Below, piece by piece: positions 40,660 to 50,989 of a DNA stretch of 64,000 nucleotides. This stretch comes from a bacterium (lineage in GTDB: Bacteria > UBA8248). The translations under genes and the position numbers were made by a program. Positions within the stretch are counted from its first letter, which is position 1, and the number at the start of each line of letters is the position of its first letter. The stretch is from NCBI GenBank assembly GCA_965221165.1, contig CBDCRP010000003.1, positions 160,001-224,000 on the forward strand, written 5' to 3'. The notes below the pieces were generated by a model, which worked only from the letters and a program-made list of their open reading frames with translations, did not search any database and was not told the origin of the DNA.

Positions 40660-41403
40660 TTATTGCCGGTCGCTGTGGGCCGGCATTTGGATAACTTCCA
40701 CATTCGGCGGCACGACAAACTCAAATTCCTCTTCTGCAATTCTGACGTCTTCTCGCACATCTGAAAAACGCAAATGACTCTTGTTGCCGACGTTATCAAT
40801 ATACGCCAACGTGAGGATTGTGAAATTCTCAGGCTCCACTTCTATCCACATTCGGCGAAAAGAGGGCCCTGGAGACTTGGGCTCCAAGCGAATGCGGTGG
40901 GGCTGACCAGCCCGCCAGATTCCTCCGCTTCGTCTCGCAATTCCAACTTCTTCCACCAAAACATGAAAATTCTCCTTCAGATCCCCCTTGCCTGCCAAGA
41001 ATAACAAAGGAGTGGCACTAAACCCAAGGCGCCCGGTTTTGGAAACCATCACTTGTTTGAAGCGGGCCGTGTAGATCCAAAACGTACGACCATCAGAAAC
41101 CAGAACCTGATTTTCGGGCTTCAGATACTCCATGCGCAATTTGCCCGGTTTCTTCAACAGGAGGCTCCCGCTCGACGTCGTTGTTCGCCCAAGGGATTTC
41201 AATTCATTTTTTTGCTCGAAAGAGGCTTGCAGGGATTCCAGGGCCTCATATTTTTTCTGGAGAGCCGTGATTATTCTCCCCGTCTTCAGACGTGATTCTT
41301 CCTCCACCGGCGCACAAAAAACGGTGGCTTCAAAAAACGCGAAAAACGAAAACCCGAATACCAGCATCAAAAAAATCGATTTGCTCAAAACTCTGGTTAT
41401 CAT
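40660..41403 (-). CDS. lolA: Outer-membrane lipoprotein carrier LolA
   Basis: ASFEQ, KPGKLR.EY..P..Q..VSDG, F.F..P motifs. Confidence 0.88.
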   Translation of the reverse strand: MITRVLSKSIFLMLVFGFSFFAFFEATVFCAPVEEESRLKTGRIITALQKKYEALESLQASFEQKNELKSLGRTTTSSGSLLLKKPGKLRMEYLKPENQVLVSDGRTFWIYTARFKQVMVSKTGRLGFSATPLLFLAGKGDLKENFHVLVEEVGIARRSGGIWRAGQPHRIRLEPKSPGPSFRRMWIEVEPENFTILTLAYIDNVGNKSHLRFSDVREDVRIAEEEFEFVVPPNVEVIQMPAHSDRQ

Positions 41404-41412
41404 TATGAATTA

Positions 41413-42066
41413 CTACTCCGAAACGGGCGAGATGAAACCGCTATTACCCCCAAAAACGTCTCCTGCATATTCCACAACGCCACCAATGCAGCGAACGCTC
41501 CCCTCGGCAATGAGACGCACCGCAAGCGGGTATATGCGGTGTTCATAACCGAGAATTCTCTCCGAAAGTTTTTTTTCATCATCATGGGGAAACACCGGCA
41601 CGGCGGCTTGTAAAATGACTGGCCCTGTATCCACCCCCTCGTCCACAAAGTGGACCGTGCAGCCCGTCACCCTCACGCCGGCATCCAAGGCCTTTTTTTG
41701 CGCGTGAAGACCAGGAAAACTCGGCAAAAGCGAAGGATGAATGTTGATGATTCTTCCCGAGAAACGGCTCACGAACTTTGGGGGTAAAATGCGCATGAAA
41801 CCAGCGCAACAGATGAGCTCGATTCCACAACTTTCGAGCTCATCACCCATCTTCAGATAAAAACCATCCTCTTCGGGCGCTACGTGCCGATGTTCTATTC
41901 CCGCCGCCGAAGCGCGCTCGAGCGCATACGCCTTTTTTTTGTCGCTCAACACCAGTGCGACTTCCGCCGGGAAATCCGGATTCCCTCCCGCATCAATGAG
42001 GGCTTGTAAGTTCGAGCCACGTCCCGACGCCAAAACACCCACGCGCAATCGTGTTCTTCGAGACAA
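41413..42066 (-). CDS. purN: Phosphoribosylglycinamide formyltransferase
   Basis: SGRGSNL, NIHPSLLP.F.G, GCTVHFVD...D.GP; start reassigned to TTG 42066. Confidence 0.96.
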   Translation of the reverse strand: MSRRTRLRVGVLASGRGSNLQALIDAGGNPDFPAEVALVLSDKKKAYALERASAAGIEHRHVAPEEDGFYLKMGDELESCGIELICCAGFMRILPPKFVSRFSGRIINIHPSLLPSFPGLHAQKKALDAGVRVTGCTVHFVDEGVDTGPVILQAAVPVFPHDDEKKLSERILGYEHRIYPLAVRLIAEGSVRCIGGVVEYAGDVFGGNSGFISPVSE

Positions 42067-42068
42067 TG

Positions 42069-43121
42069 TTATACGCCCTCGATGACGACGGAGTGGCCAC
42101 CTTTCGGTCCCTTGGTGACCTCGCCGACAACCATGGCTTCTTCGCCCGTATTTTTCAAACATTCAAGCAAAGATTCGGCCCGCTCCTCTCTCACGAGAAA
42201 GACAAGGCCCAAACCCATATTGAAAGTGCGATACATCTCCGCGCTCTCAACCGGGCCAATCTCTTGAATCAATGGAAAAATTTTCGGCACAGGCCATTTC
42301 CCGGGATACAATTTGGCTTGCAAATCATCCGGAACCAGACGGCTCACATTTCCTGGAAGACCGCCTCCCGTGATGTGCGCGATTCCGCTTAGCCCCTCTT
42401 CCCCTCTGGCGGAGCGCACCGCTTTGGCGTAAATCCGGGTCGGCTCCAATAAAACATCTTCAATGGGAGCGCCCAGCCTTCGCGCCGCTGCATCTCGTTT
42501 TTCTTTTGATTCAAATATCTTCCGCACGAGGGAATAGCCGTTGCTATGGATTCCCGAGGAAGGCAGCGCGAGAATAATATCGCCTGCTTCCACAGGTGTT
42601 CTATCGTTCAATCGCTTTCGTTCAACCACACCCACTGCGAATCCCGCGAGGTCATATGCGCCCGAGCCGTACATGTCGGGCATCTCGGCCGTCTCGCCCC
42701 CGAGGAGGGCGCACCCAGCCTCCCGACAACCCCGGGCAATGCCGGATACGACATCCGTCAGTACGTTTTGGTCAATCTTGCCCGTTGCAATGTAGTCCAG
42801 GAAAAAAAGAGGTTCCGCTCCCGTGGTCAAGATGTCGTTGACGCACATGGCCACCAAGTCAACACCAACGGAACCATGACGCCGGAACTCCTGGGCCAGG
42901 AGCAATTTCGTGCCGACGCCGTCGGCGCCTGAAACGAGTACAGGGTCTTTATAATCCCCGCCGAGGCGGAACAAACCCGCAAAATCCCCCGTCCCTTTCA
43001 GGATACGGCCACTTTGACTCTCATGGGTGGATCTTACGGCTTGGGCAATGGAGCGAACGAAACTCTCGCCCAAATCCACATCGACGCCCGCTCCGCTATA
43101 TGTCAAACGATGGTCACTCAA
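42069..43121 (-). CDS. purM: AIR synthase
   Basis: Y..AGVD, DGVGTK, GGETAEMP, HSNGYSL, HITGGG, TFNMG. Confidence 0.97.
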   Translation of the reverse strand: MSDHRLTYSGAGVDVDLGESFVRSIAQAVRSTHESQSGRILKGTGDFAGLFRLGGDYKDPVLVSGADGVGTKLLLAQEFRRHGSVGVDLVAMCVNDILTTGAEPLFFLDYIATGKIDQNVLTDVVSGIARGCREAGCALLGGETAEMPDMYGSGAYDLAGFAVGVVERKRLNDRTPVEAGDIILALPSSGIHSNGYSLVRKIFESKEKRDAAARRLGAPIEDVLLEPTRIYAKAVRSARGEEGLSGIAHITGGGLPGNVSRLVPDDLQAKLYPGKWPVPKIFPLIQEIGPVESAEMYRTFNMGLGLVFLVREERAESLLECLKNTGEEAMVVGEVTKGPKGGHSVVIEGV

Positions 43122-43172
43122 AAGCGATGTTCCATGATCTAGTAGGCGGAATCACTCGGAAAGAATTTAAAA

Positions 43173-45305
43173 TCAGGCATGGACTTCCATCAATTTTTTG
43201 ACCAAGGCGACATTATGCCGGTGACCGCTTCTCTCGGCGGTCACTTTTCCTCGAACAGGACGACCGGTTAGATACAGGTCCCCTATCACGTCAAGAATTT
43301 TATGGCGAACGAACTCGTTGGGAAACCGCAATTGGGTATTCACGATACGCGCCTTGTCCACAAGAATGACGTTGTCCCAACGACCGCCCTCGGCCAGGCC
43401 CATTTCCTCGAGCGACTCCAATTCAGAGACAAAGCCAAACGTACGGGCCGGCGCGATTTCTTCCTGAAAACTCAACGCATTTTTATGTTCATACAAGTAG
43501 GATTGCTTCCCGATCGGCCGGGGATAATCGATGAGGTATGAAACCGAAAAAGAATCCGACGGCTCAATGCGAATATAACCCCTTTCATCGCCTGGCTCAC
43601 CTACTTCATAAATTTTATCTACCCATAATTCCTCGCGTTTTTCCTTTTGATCCTCGATTCCCGCTTCTTCAAGCAAGCGACAAAATTCCACCGCCGAACC
43701 ATCCATGACGGGTACTTCCTCACTTATTTTAACGAGGGCATTACTTATCTTATATGCGTGCAAAGCGCTCATGAGATGTTCTATCGTTCGGGCTGTCACT
43801 GCCCCATTGCGCAAGTTCGTCGCATGATTGGTACTATCCACGAAATCGACATTCGCCCTCACGGTCTCGGAACTCGTCAAGCTGCCGAAATGAATCCCGC
43901 TCCCCGGCGGCAAGGGCTCAATTATCATTCCGGTTTTCAGGCCGGAATGAAGCCCCCGTCCATACAACACGACACTCTTCGAGATACTCCGTTGATTTGA
44001 TTCCTTGAGGGTCGCCGGCGCCGGTGATACGGGCTCTATCTTGTATGTTTGAATTTTTCGGTTTAAGGCGGATTCCGTCATACCCACGGCTTGAGCCGTC
44101 TTGCCAATATCCCAACCATGTTCCTCCAAATGGAAAGAAAGATACTGTCTCTCCCATTGGGTTCTGGCCGCATTAAAATTCGAAGGTGCGTCGTTTCCGG
44201 ATGCGTCCGCCTCGAAGGCAGAAACTTCGCGTATCGCATATGGCAAGTGACCGATGCGAATCTCCGCTCCAGGCGACGTATCGGCGGCTTTGGTTACCAC
44301 GCCTTTTAGTTCAGCGATATTGCCTGGCCAGTCGTATTCCTCCAGAAGCGCAATGACATCTTCTGAGAATTCCTTTTTGTTCCTGCTGGCTTCAATGTAT
44401 TCATTCAAAAATTTGTTCGCCAGCGGCGAAATATCTTCTTTGCGTTCGCGCAAAGGTGGCAGGTGTAATACATCGGCATCTATTTTTCCGGACAGAGATC
44501 GCACGTAGGCCTTGTCTTTCGGAGTTCCCATATGATCAACGGATACCATCAATCGTGTCGAATCCTTTGTATGCTTCAGGAATAGAGCAAGAAATTCCTC
44601 GCGCTCCACGATGGGCAACTGCTCCAGGCCATCAAGGTATACCGTCCCCAGAAAAGCAGGGGGGACCAACCGCTCCAGCGTCTCTTCCCATTCGTTTTTT
44701 CGCAGCATCGGGAACAAGGGGCGACAATGAACCGGCCTGAAGCCTCCTTCTTTTCTGGTACCGTTCTCGTGAATCACCCTTGCAATGAAACGCTTGCCGG
44801 TTCCCCTTTCACCTGCAATCATCAAGGGACCAAGATTTTTCGCCGTTCTCCTGATGGCTCGTTGAACCTTTTGAATGCTTTTACTCGCGCCATCAAGCAT
44901 CACATCAACGACATCATTCCCCTGTAGTTCCTTGGCCCTTCGCGCTTGAACAGCAGAGCCGACTATGCGCAAAACCGTGTCAATGGAGAGGGGTTTTTCA
45001 ATAAAATTGAAAGCGCCCAGCTTTGTTGCGGCGACGGCGGTTTCAATATTGCCATGGCCCGACATCAGGACGACTTCGATATCCGCGTTGGACTCTTTCA
45101 CCGCTTGCAAGGTTTTGATTCCATCAATTCCCGGCATCCATACATCGACCAAGACCACATCCGGGGTTTCGGTTCGAACCAACTGAAGCGCAGTTTCTCC
45201 GGACTCGGCTCGCTCCACACGATACCCCTCATCGTGCAAAACATCTTCCAGGCTCGTGAGTATTTCGCGCTCATCATCGACGATGAGGACATGTCCCTTA
45301 TCCAA
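43173..45305 (-). CDS. lpxC: Fusion: NtrX-type receiver + degenerate sigma54 AAA+ + Fis-like HTH + LpxC (UDP-3-O-acyl-GlcNAc deacetylase)
   Basis: Single 710-aa ORF. REC (DDE, D54 in DVWMP, KP), GERGTGK, PPLRER.EDI, WPGN, HTH; from ~aa 438 LpxC motifs QRSI...GLHSG, TIEHLMSAL, P.MDGSA, ARTFGF, HKILD.IGDL, SGH. Confidence 0.93.
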   Translation of the reverse strand: MDKGHVLIVDDEREILTSLEDVLHDEGYRVERAESGETALQLVRTETPDVVLVDVWMPGIDGIKTLQAVKESNADIEVVLMSGHGNIETAVAATKLGAFNFIEKPLSIDTVLRIVGSAVQARRAKELQGNDVVDVMLDGASKSIQKVQRAIRRTAKNLGPLMIAGERGTGKRFIARVIHENGTRKEGGFRPVHCRPLFPMLRKNEWEETLERLVPPAFLGTVYLDGLEQLPIVEREEFLALFLKHTKDSTRLMVSVDHMGTPKDKAYVRSLSGKIDADVLHLPPLRERKEDISPLANKFLNEYIEASRNKKEFSEDVIALLEEYDWPGNIAELKGVVTKAADTSPGAEIRIGHLPYAIREVSAFEADASGNDAPSNFNAARTQWERQYLSFHLEEHGWDIGKTAQAVGMTESALNRKIQTYKIEPVSPAPATLKESNQRSISKSVVLYGRGLHSGLKTGMIIEPLPPGSGIHFGSLTSSETVRANVDFVDSTNHATNLRNGAVTARTIEHLMSALHAYKISNALVKISEEVPVMDGSAVEFCRLLEEAGIEDQKEKREELWVDKIYEVGEPGDERGYIRIEPSDSFSVSYLIDYPRPIGKQSYLYEHKNALSFQEEIAPARTFGFVSELESLEEMGLAEGGRWDNVILVDKARIVNTQLRFPNEFVRHKILDVIGDLYLTGRPVRGKVTAERSGHRHNVALVKKLMEVHA

Positions 45306-47562
45306 TGGAGGCCGTCCTTTGCTTTCCAGGCGTAATGTCCGCAGTACCTGCCAGTGGCAACGTTACGCGAAAAACAGAACCCGCCGGGTGGTTGTCTCGC
45401 ACGCCTATCGTTCCATTATGGTCTGCCACAATGCGATGACATATAGCCAAACCCAAACCGGAGCCCCTGTTTTTCGTGGAAAAGTAAGGCGAGAATATAT
45501 GGCCTTTCATATCTTCCGATATACCCTGCCCTTGGTCGGCAACTTCAACAAGTATCATGTTTCTGTCCTTATCGCTCCATGCTTGTAAATCTATCTCACC
45601 TTCAACCTCTTGGGATTCGAAAGCGTTTTCCAGCAAATTGATGAATACGCGCTGCAACTGCTCGGGATCCGCCATTACAGCCGCATTCTCCGCATCGATG
45701 TGAATGGAAAATTTCATATTCCCCTTCCTGCCGCGATATAAATTCACAACATCCTCAATGAGAGCAACAAAACCGCAAAGCCTTAAGCGGGGTTCCGGCA
45801 TTCGCGCGAAGCTACTGAATTCATTTACCATTTCAATCAGACTCGTCACTTGATTGATGATGGTATCCGTGCAAGATTCAAATACATCTGCAAAATCATA
45901 TGCGTCACTTTCGAATTTCCTTCTCATCCTCTGTGCGGAGAGTTGAATAGGTGTCAGCGGATTTTTGATCTCATGCGCGATGCCCCGGGCCACTTCCTGC
46001 CATGCGGCCACTTTTTGAGCCCGTATCAGAGCCGTCATATCGTCAAATACGATGACAGCGCCGAGCCTGCCGCCATCCCCGCTTCTCAGTAGAGTCAAAC
46101 TGGCTCGTAGCGTCAGTACGCGGCCATCAATCATTACCTCCACCTGCTCCGAAGCGCTTTGATTCTCTCGGCCTCTCATAGAGCGCATCAACTGGCGAAT
46201 GGGCTCGAGCTGCGCACTGTCAAAAACCTCGCTGAACATTCGCCCAATGGCGTTCTGTGGTTCAGCGTTCAACAGTTCTCCAGCCGCTTTGTTGAGGATG
46301 GTGACGCGTCCCCGGCGGTTGATGGATATCACGCCGGCGCCGATATTTTCGAGCATCGCTTCCATATATCTGCGTCTTCTGTCAATTTCCAAGTTGGTGC
46401 GGCGCAGAGTCTCGGAGGACTCTTCGATTTTCTCCTTGTTGGCCGACAATTCTTCCGTCATGCTGTTGAATGCGCTAACCAATATCCCGACCTCGCCATC
46501 CGCTTGCGCGTCCACGCGATGTTCGAGATCGCCATCCGATACCGCTCTGGTGGCTTCCGCCAATTTTTCGATGGGAACCGTGATCCCGCGAGCCAGGTAG
46601 AGGCCAAACCATATGGCGGCGAACAGGATGAGCAGCGTAACCACCAGAAAAGTGATGATATAGTTGGCTTTGATGGGATTTTTCGAGAGTTCCAGTTCTT
46701 TATAACTCACAAAGGAATCCGATATGCCTCTTATCTTCTCAACGAGCCGATAAGACACATTTTTGGATACGACGATGAACCCCACTATTTTTTTTCCAAC
46801 CTTCAAGGGCGCTACACCATGTATGACATCGCCTTTTTCCCAATTCTCCACGCTTGAGCGCGATTCCCCGTCAATCACCTGATCTATGTATCCCACCAAA
46901 GGCGAGAACTTCACGGCCTCCGCCAAACCCGGACGCTTGACCGATACGATCTCCTTTCGATCCTTATCGTAGAGTAGGATGAAATCTACGCCCAAACTCT
47001 TTCGCTCCGCCTCCAATGTTTTTTCAATCGTTTTGGGGTTTTCCGAAATACCGGGGTACTTCTTTTCCAGCATAAGCGCCAGTCGGCTTGCACTGAACAG
47101 CGCGTTTCTCTCCACCTCGCGATAATAGGTCTGGGCTACTTCGAACGATCCCTTGAGCGCGCGCTCCACATTCATGTTGAACAAGGCGTTAAAACTTTGG
47201 TTAATCAAGCCGCTGGCCACCACAAAAAGAGCCACAACCGGGATCAGCGTAAATCCGACAAAAGCCAATATGAGTTTTAATTGCAAGCGTGAACGACCGA
47301 TGCCCGCTCTTCCCTCGTAATAAAGGCGCGCCAGGTTCTTCGCCACCAGGAGGATAACCACCATGAGGAGAATGATGCTCAGGTTCACGAGCGCAAATAC
47401 AACCACATTGTTCAGCAGAGGGACTCCCGGCTCGAGTTCCTTGAAGTAAATCCAAGCCGTAAACGAAAGAGTCGCAATGGCGATCAAAGCGATAAAAGAG
47501 CGCAGGAGTGTCTTTCGTCGGCGTGCAGAAATTTCTTCCTGGTTCAGGTGCTTTGGATACAC
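45298..47562 (-). CDS. NtrY-type sensor histidine kinase (TM, periplasmic, HAMP, PAS, HisKA, HATPase)
   Basis: AWQEVARGIAHEIKNPLTPIQLSAQR H-box, N/G1/F/G2 boxes; overlaps the regulator start. Confidence 0.92.
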   Translation of the reverse strand: MYPKHLNQEEISARRRKTLLRSFIALIAIATLSFTAWIYFKELEPGVPLLNNVVVFALVNLSIILLMVVILLVAKNLARLYYEGRAGIGRSRLQLKLILAFVGFTLIPVVALFVVASGLINQSFNALFNMNVERALKGSFEVAQTYYREVERNALFSASRLALMLEKKYPGISENPKTIEKTLEAERKSLGVDFILLYDKDRKEIVSVKRPGLAEAVKFSPLVGYIDQVIDGESRSSVENWEKGDVIHGVAPLKVGKKIVGFIVVSKNVSYRLVEKIRGISDSFVSYKELELSKNPIKANYIITFLVVTLLILFAAIWFGLYLARGITVPIEKLAEATRAVSDGDLEHRVDAQADGEVGILVSAFNSMTEELSANKEKIEESSETLRRTNLEIDRRRRYMEAMLENIGAGVISINRRGRVTILNKAAGELLNAEPQNAIGRMFSEVFDSAQLEPIRQLMRSMRGRENQSASEQVEVMIDGRVLTLRASLTLLRSGDGGRLGAVIVFDDMTALIRAQKVAAWQEVARGIAHEIKNPLTPIQLSAQRMRRKFESDAYDFADVFESCTDTIINQVTSLIEMVNEFSSFARMPEPRLRLCGFVALIEDVVNLYRGRKGNMKFSIHIDAENAAVMADPEQLQRVFINLLENAFESQEVEGEIDLQAWSDKDRNMILVEVADQGQGISEDMKGHIFSPYFSTKNRGSGLGLAICHRIVADHNGTIGVRDNHPAGSVFRVTLPLAGTADITPGKQRTASIG

Positions 47563-47565
47563 GAC

Positions 47566-48171
47566 TCACATTCCTTTAGAACCAAATGTGTCCGAATGGC
47601 TCCAATCAGAGTTTTCCCCCCAAAAAGCGAGTAAGTAATTGAAGGGAAAAACAAAATCCACATGATTCAACCGCGCTCTGATTTTGACATAATATTCACT
47701 GTTTTGGGACAACGCTTTGCCGGAAACAATGGGCGCGCCGTTCAATTCGCGCATCCAGTCCATCATCTCACCTTCGCTCTTGGTCACTTTTCTCTCAATG
47801 TCTTTCGCATCTTCTTTGATAAGAAAAGTGTAGGTTTTTTTCAGCGCGCTATATTTCACCTGGTGATGAAATTGCCGTGAGGAGACTTCCAAGTCATAGA
47901 TCAGCTTGCGGGAACGGAGGAGACTTACATCAAAGATGAACTTGGTCGTCACACCACTATGGATGGCTTCCAACAGTTTTGGCGAAAACGCACCCAATAG
48001 TGAACCAAAAACAAGCAACTCTCCATTCTTCTCAACAACGATGACATCTTTTATTCGAATTTCATCCGGGTCGTCCGTTGCGGAGAGCGCCGGACCCGCC
48101 AGAACGAAGAACCCGCAGATGGCTATGATTAACTTCCTCAGAACAAATGTTTTCTTGGCGTCAGATAACAT
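47566..48171 (-). CDS. DUF4390-like periplasmic protein
   Basis: Signal peptide, EAI.SGV...F motif, typical position upstream of NtrY-like kinases. Confidence 0.75.
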   Translation of the reverse strand: MLSDAKKTFVLRKLIIAICGFFVLAGPALSATDDPDEIRIKDVIVVEKNGELLVFGSLLGAFSPKLLEAIHSGVTTKFIFDVSLLRSRKLIYDLEVSSRQFHHQVKYSALKKTYTFLIKEDAKDIERKVTKSEGEMMDWMRELNGAPIVSGKALSQNSEYYVKIRARLNHVDFVFPFNYLLAFWGENSDWSHSDTFGSKGM

Positions 48172-48305
48172 AAGTTCCCCTCATCCTTTAAGCTCAATGC
48201 TACCGGATAAGATAAAAGCCCTCAATCCCTCTTTTGCTTCCCTGTCCTCTCGCTTTTATTCACCAAACGCAACCAGATGCACGCCGGGGTCTCCAGGCGT
48301 CTTTC

Positions 48306-50987
48306 TTACTCTTCTCCACTCTCCATGAGCTTTCGTAGTTCATATAGAGCTTCGAGGGCTTGGCGAGGCGTCATGGCATTCGGGTCGAGATTTTTCAACG
48401 CTTCTTCGACCTGCGATTTCGCACGTGAAAACAAGGGCAATTGTCCATTTCCCCGGTTATTTTCCAAAAAAGATTTTTCCCCGCCAGAGCGGGACATAGT
48501 CTCCACATTCTCGAACTTGGACAATAGGGTCTTCGCCCGGTCTATGACCTCTCCGGGAAGTCCCGCTAGCCTTCCTACGTGAATGCCGTAGCTTCTATCG
48601 CAACTGCCATCGGTCACCTTTCGCAAAAAAACGATTTCATCGCCCCATTCACGAACTTCGACCGTCAAGTTTTTTACACAGGCGAGTTCTTTCGAGAGTT
48701 CGGCCAACTCATGGTAATGGGTCGCGAACAAGGTCCTCGCCCGGTGGCGAACCTGATTATGAAGATACTCCACAACCGACCAAGCGATGCTTACTCCATC
48801 GTAAGTGCTAGTGCCGCGTCCCACCTCATCCAACACAATAAAACTGCTCTGCGTCGCCTCTCTCAATATAGTGGCCGTCTCCACCATCTCCACCATGAAA
48901 GTGCTTTGACCCTCCAAAAGTCGGTCATGCGCGCCCACACGTGTGAACACCCTGTCGACCAAACCGATTTTCGCGCTCTTCGCGGGCACGAAGCTGCCAA
49001 TTTGCGCCATTAAAATGATGAGCGCCGATTGACGCAGGTAAGTGGATTTTCCGGCCATATTCGGCCCTGTGATGATGAGTATTTGGCGATCATCGTGAAT
49101 GAACAAATCATTCGGTACGAAGGGGACGCCAGGGTGCTGCGCCTCCATGACGGGATGCCTGCCTTCAATGATTTCCAGATCCGTAGAATCTGTTATTTCT
49201 GGTCTGACGTATCCATATTTGCGCGCAACGAGCGCCAGGGACAAAACCGCATCGAGAAGCGCTATCTTCTCCGCAGCGGCGAGTATACGCCTGGCATGTT
49301 TCGATATTTCCGCTCTCAAGCGTCCAAAGAGCATGAACTCGAGATGATGGGCTTTCTCTTCCGCGCCAAGAATATCTTCTTCCATCTTCTTCAACTCGGA
49401 AGTGATGTATCGCTCTGCGGAAACGAGGGTCTGTTTACGCGTATATTCTATCGGCACCTGCTCACTGAAGCGTTTGGTGATTTCGAGATAATACCCAAAA
49501 ACGCGATTAAAACCGATTTTCAGAGGCAGCCCGGTTCTTTCTTTTTCCTTGCTTTCATAATTCTTCAGCCACGTATCGCCCTCCCGCTGCGCCTTTCTCA
49601 ATTGAGCGAGTTCCTGGTCATATTCAGCACGAAAAATTCCACCCTCTCGAATCGAAAGTGGCGGCTCATCCACTATCGCGTTCTTCAGTTTCAACGCCAC
49701 ATCTTCGAGAGAATCCCACCCCGTCAAGACGGAGCGAAACAACCCTGAATCCGTTCCCTTTATCGCCTCACAAACCCCTGGCAACATGGCCAAAGACGCG
49801 CCGAGCCCCGCCAGGTCCCGGGCATTCGCAGTTTGAGAACCGACGCGACCGAGGAGGCGCTCGATATCCTGTATGGGCCCAATGGTGTCTTTGAGCATTG
49901 TCAGGATCTCGGAATTATCCACGAGTTCCTCTACGGATTCGGCGCGATAATCGACGGCCTCTTTTTGAATCAAAGGCGAAAGGACCCATTTTTTCAGCAG
50001 ACGTCCCCCCATGCCCGTCAGCGTCTCATCCAACAAGCCCAGCAAAGTACCCTTTTTCCCGCGAGCCACGGCAGAACGGGTGAGTTCTAAATTGCGCAAC
50101 GTGGCCGCATCGAGAATCATCGTGTCCGAGAGGCGGGAGAAAAACACCGGTTTGAGATGGGGAAAATCACCAGGCTGATTTTCTTTGAGATACGTCACGA
50201 CCCCCACGGCGGAATCCACCGCCGCCGGATTCGCCAGGAGATTCGCCTCGTCGGGAAATATGGCGTCCATGCCTTTGAAATCAAGCGGCTCATAAAAAGT
50301 AGCAGCCGGTCTTTTTTCAACATGAATGCCCAGTTCATCAAATTTGCTTTTCAACGCATCGGACGGAGAAAACGCATCCGGCAAGACGAGTTCGTGAGGA
50401 GAAAGTCTCTCCAATTGGTTGCAAATGAGCGTCTCGGCGGCGTCGCCCTCCGCCTGGGTTGCAGAAAATTCACCGGTGGAACTATCGAGCCATGCCATCC
50501 CCCAAAGCGCCTCTCCTTCTCGCATCGACACGGTGATCCCCGCCAGGTACTGGGATTCCTTGCTGTCAAGCAGTTCGAGATCGGCAATCGAGGTGCCCGG
50601 GGTCAGGACGCGCGTCACCTCTCGCCTCACAACTCCCCTGCTTTCTCCCGCATCTTCCACCTGCTCGCATATGGCGACTTTATGGCCCGCTTGCAGCAAT
50701 CGGCCGCAATAAGAGGATGCCGAATGACAAGGCACGCCGCACATCGGGATAGGCCCTTTGTCATCGCTCTGGCGCGACGTCAACGTGAGCTCCAGTATTT
50801 TCGCCCCGAGCTTTGCGTCTTCGTAGAACATCTCGAAAAAATCACCCAGTTGAAAAAACAGCATCGCATCCGGGTAGCGTCTCTTCATTTCCAGATATTG
50901 GCGCATTGCAGGAGATGGACCACGGGCCTTGGCCCCTGATGTATTTTTTTCTTTTCCGGCTCTAAGGGTGCTTCTGGGGGGAGACAT
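48306..50987 (-). CDS. mutS: DNA mismatch repair protein MutS
   Basis: GDFFEMF, GPNMAGKST, STFMVEM, DEVGRGTST, ATHYHEL. Confidence 0.97.
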   Translation of the reverse strand: MSPPRSTLRAGKEKNTSGAKARGPSPAMRQYLEMKRRYPDAMLFFQLGDFFEMFYEDAKLGAKILELTLTSRQSDDKGPIPMCGVPCHSASSYCGRLLQAGHKVAICEQVEDAGESRGVVRREVTRVLTPGTSIADLELLDSKESQYLAGITVSMREGEALWGMAWLDSSTGEFSATQAEGDAAETLICNQLERLSPHELVLPDAFSPSDALKSKFDELGIHVEKRPAATFYEPLDFKGMDAIFPDEANLLANPAAVDSAVGVVTYLKENQPGDFPHLKPVFFSRLSDTMILDAATLRNLELTRSAVARGKKGTLLGLLDETLTGMGGRLLKKWVLSPLIQKEAVDYRAESVEELVDNSEILTMLKDTIGPIQDIERLLGRVGSQTANARDLAGLGASLAMLPGVCEAIKGTDSGLFRSVLTGWDSLEDVALKLKNAIVDEPPLSIREGGIFRAEYDQELAQLRKAQREGDTWLKNYESKEKERTGLPLKIGFNRVFGYYLEITKRFSEQVPIEYTRKQTLVSAERYITSELKKMEEDILGAEEKAHHLEFMLFGRLRAEISKHARRILAAAEKIALLDAVLSLALVARKYGYVRPEITDSTDLEIIEGRHPVMEAQHPGVPFVPNDLFIHDDRQILIITGPNMAGKSTYLRQSALIILMAQIGSFVPAKSAKIGLVDRVFTRVGAHDRLLEGQSTFMVEMVETATILREATQSSFIVLDEVGRGTSTYDGVSIAWSVVEYLHNQVRHRARTLFATHYHELAELSKELACVKNLTVEVREWGDEIVFLRKVTDGSCDRSYGIHVGRLAGLPGEVIDRAKTLLSKFENVETMSRSGGEKSFLENNRGNGQLPLFSRAKSQVEEALKNLDPNAMTPRQALEALYELRKLMESGEE

Positions 50988-50989
50988 GT

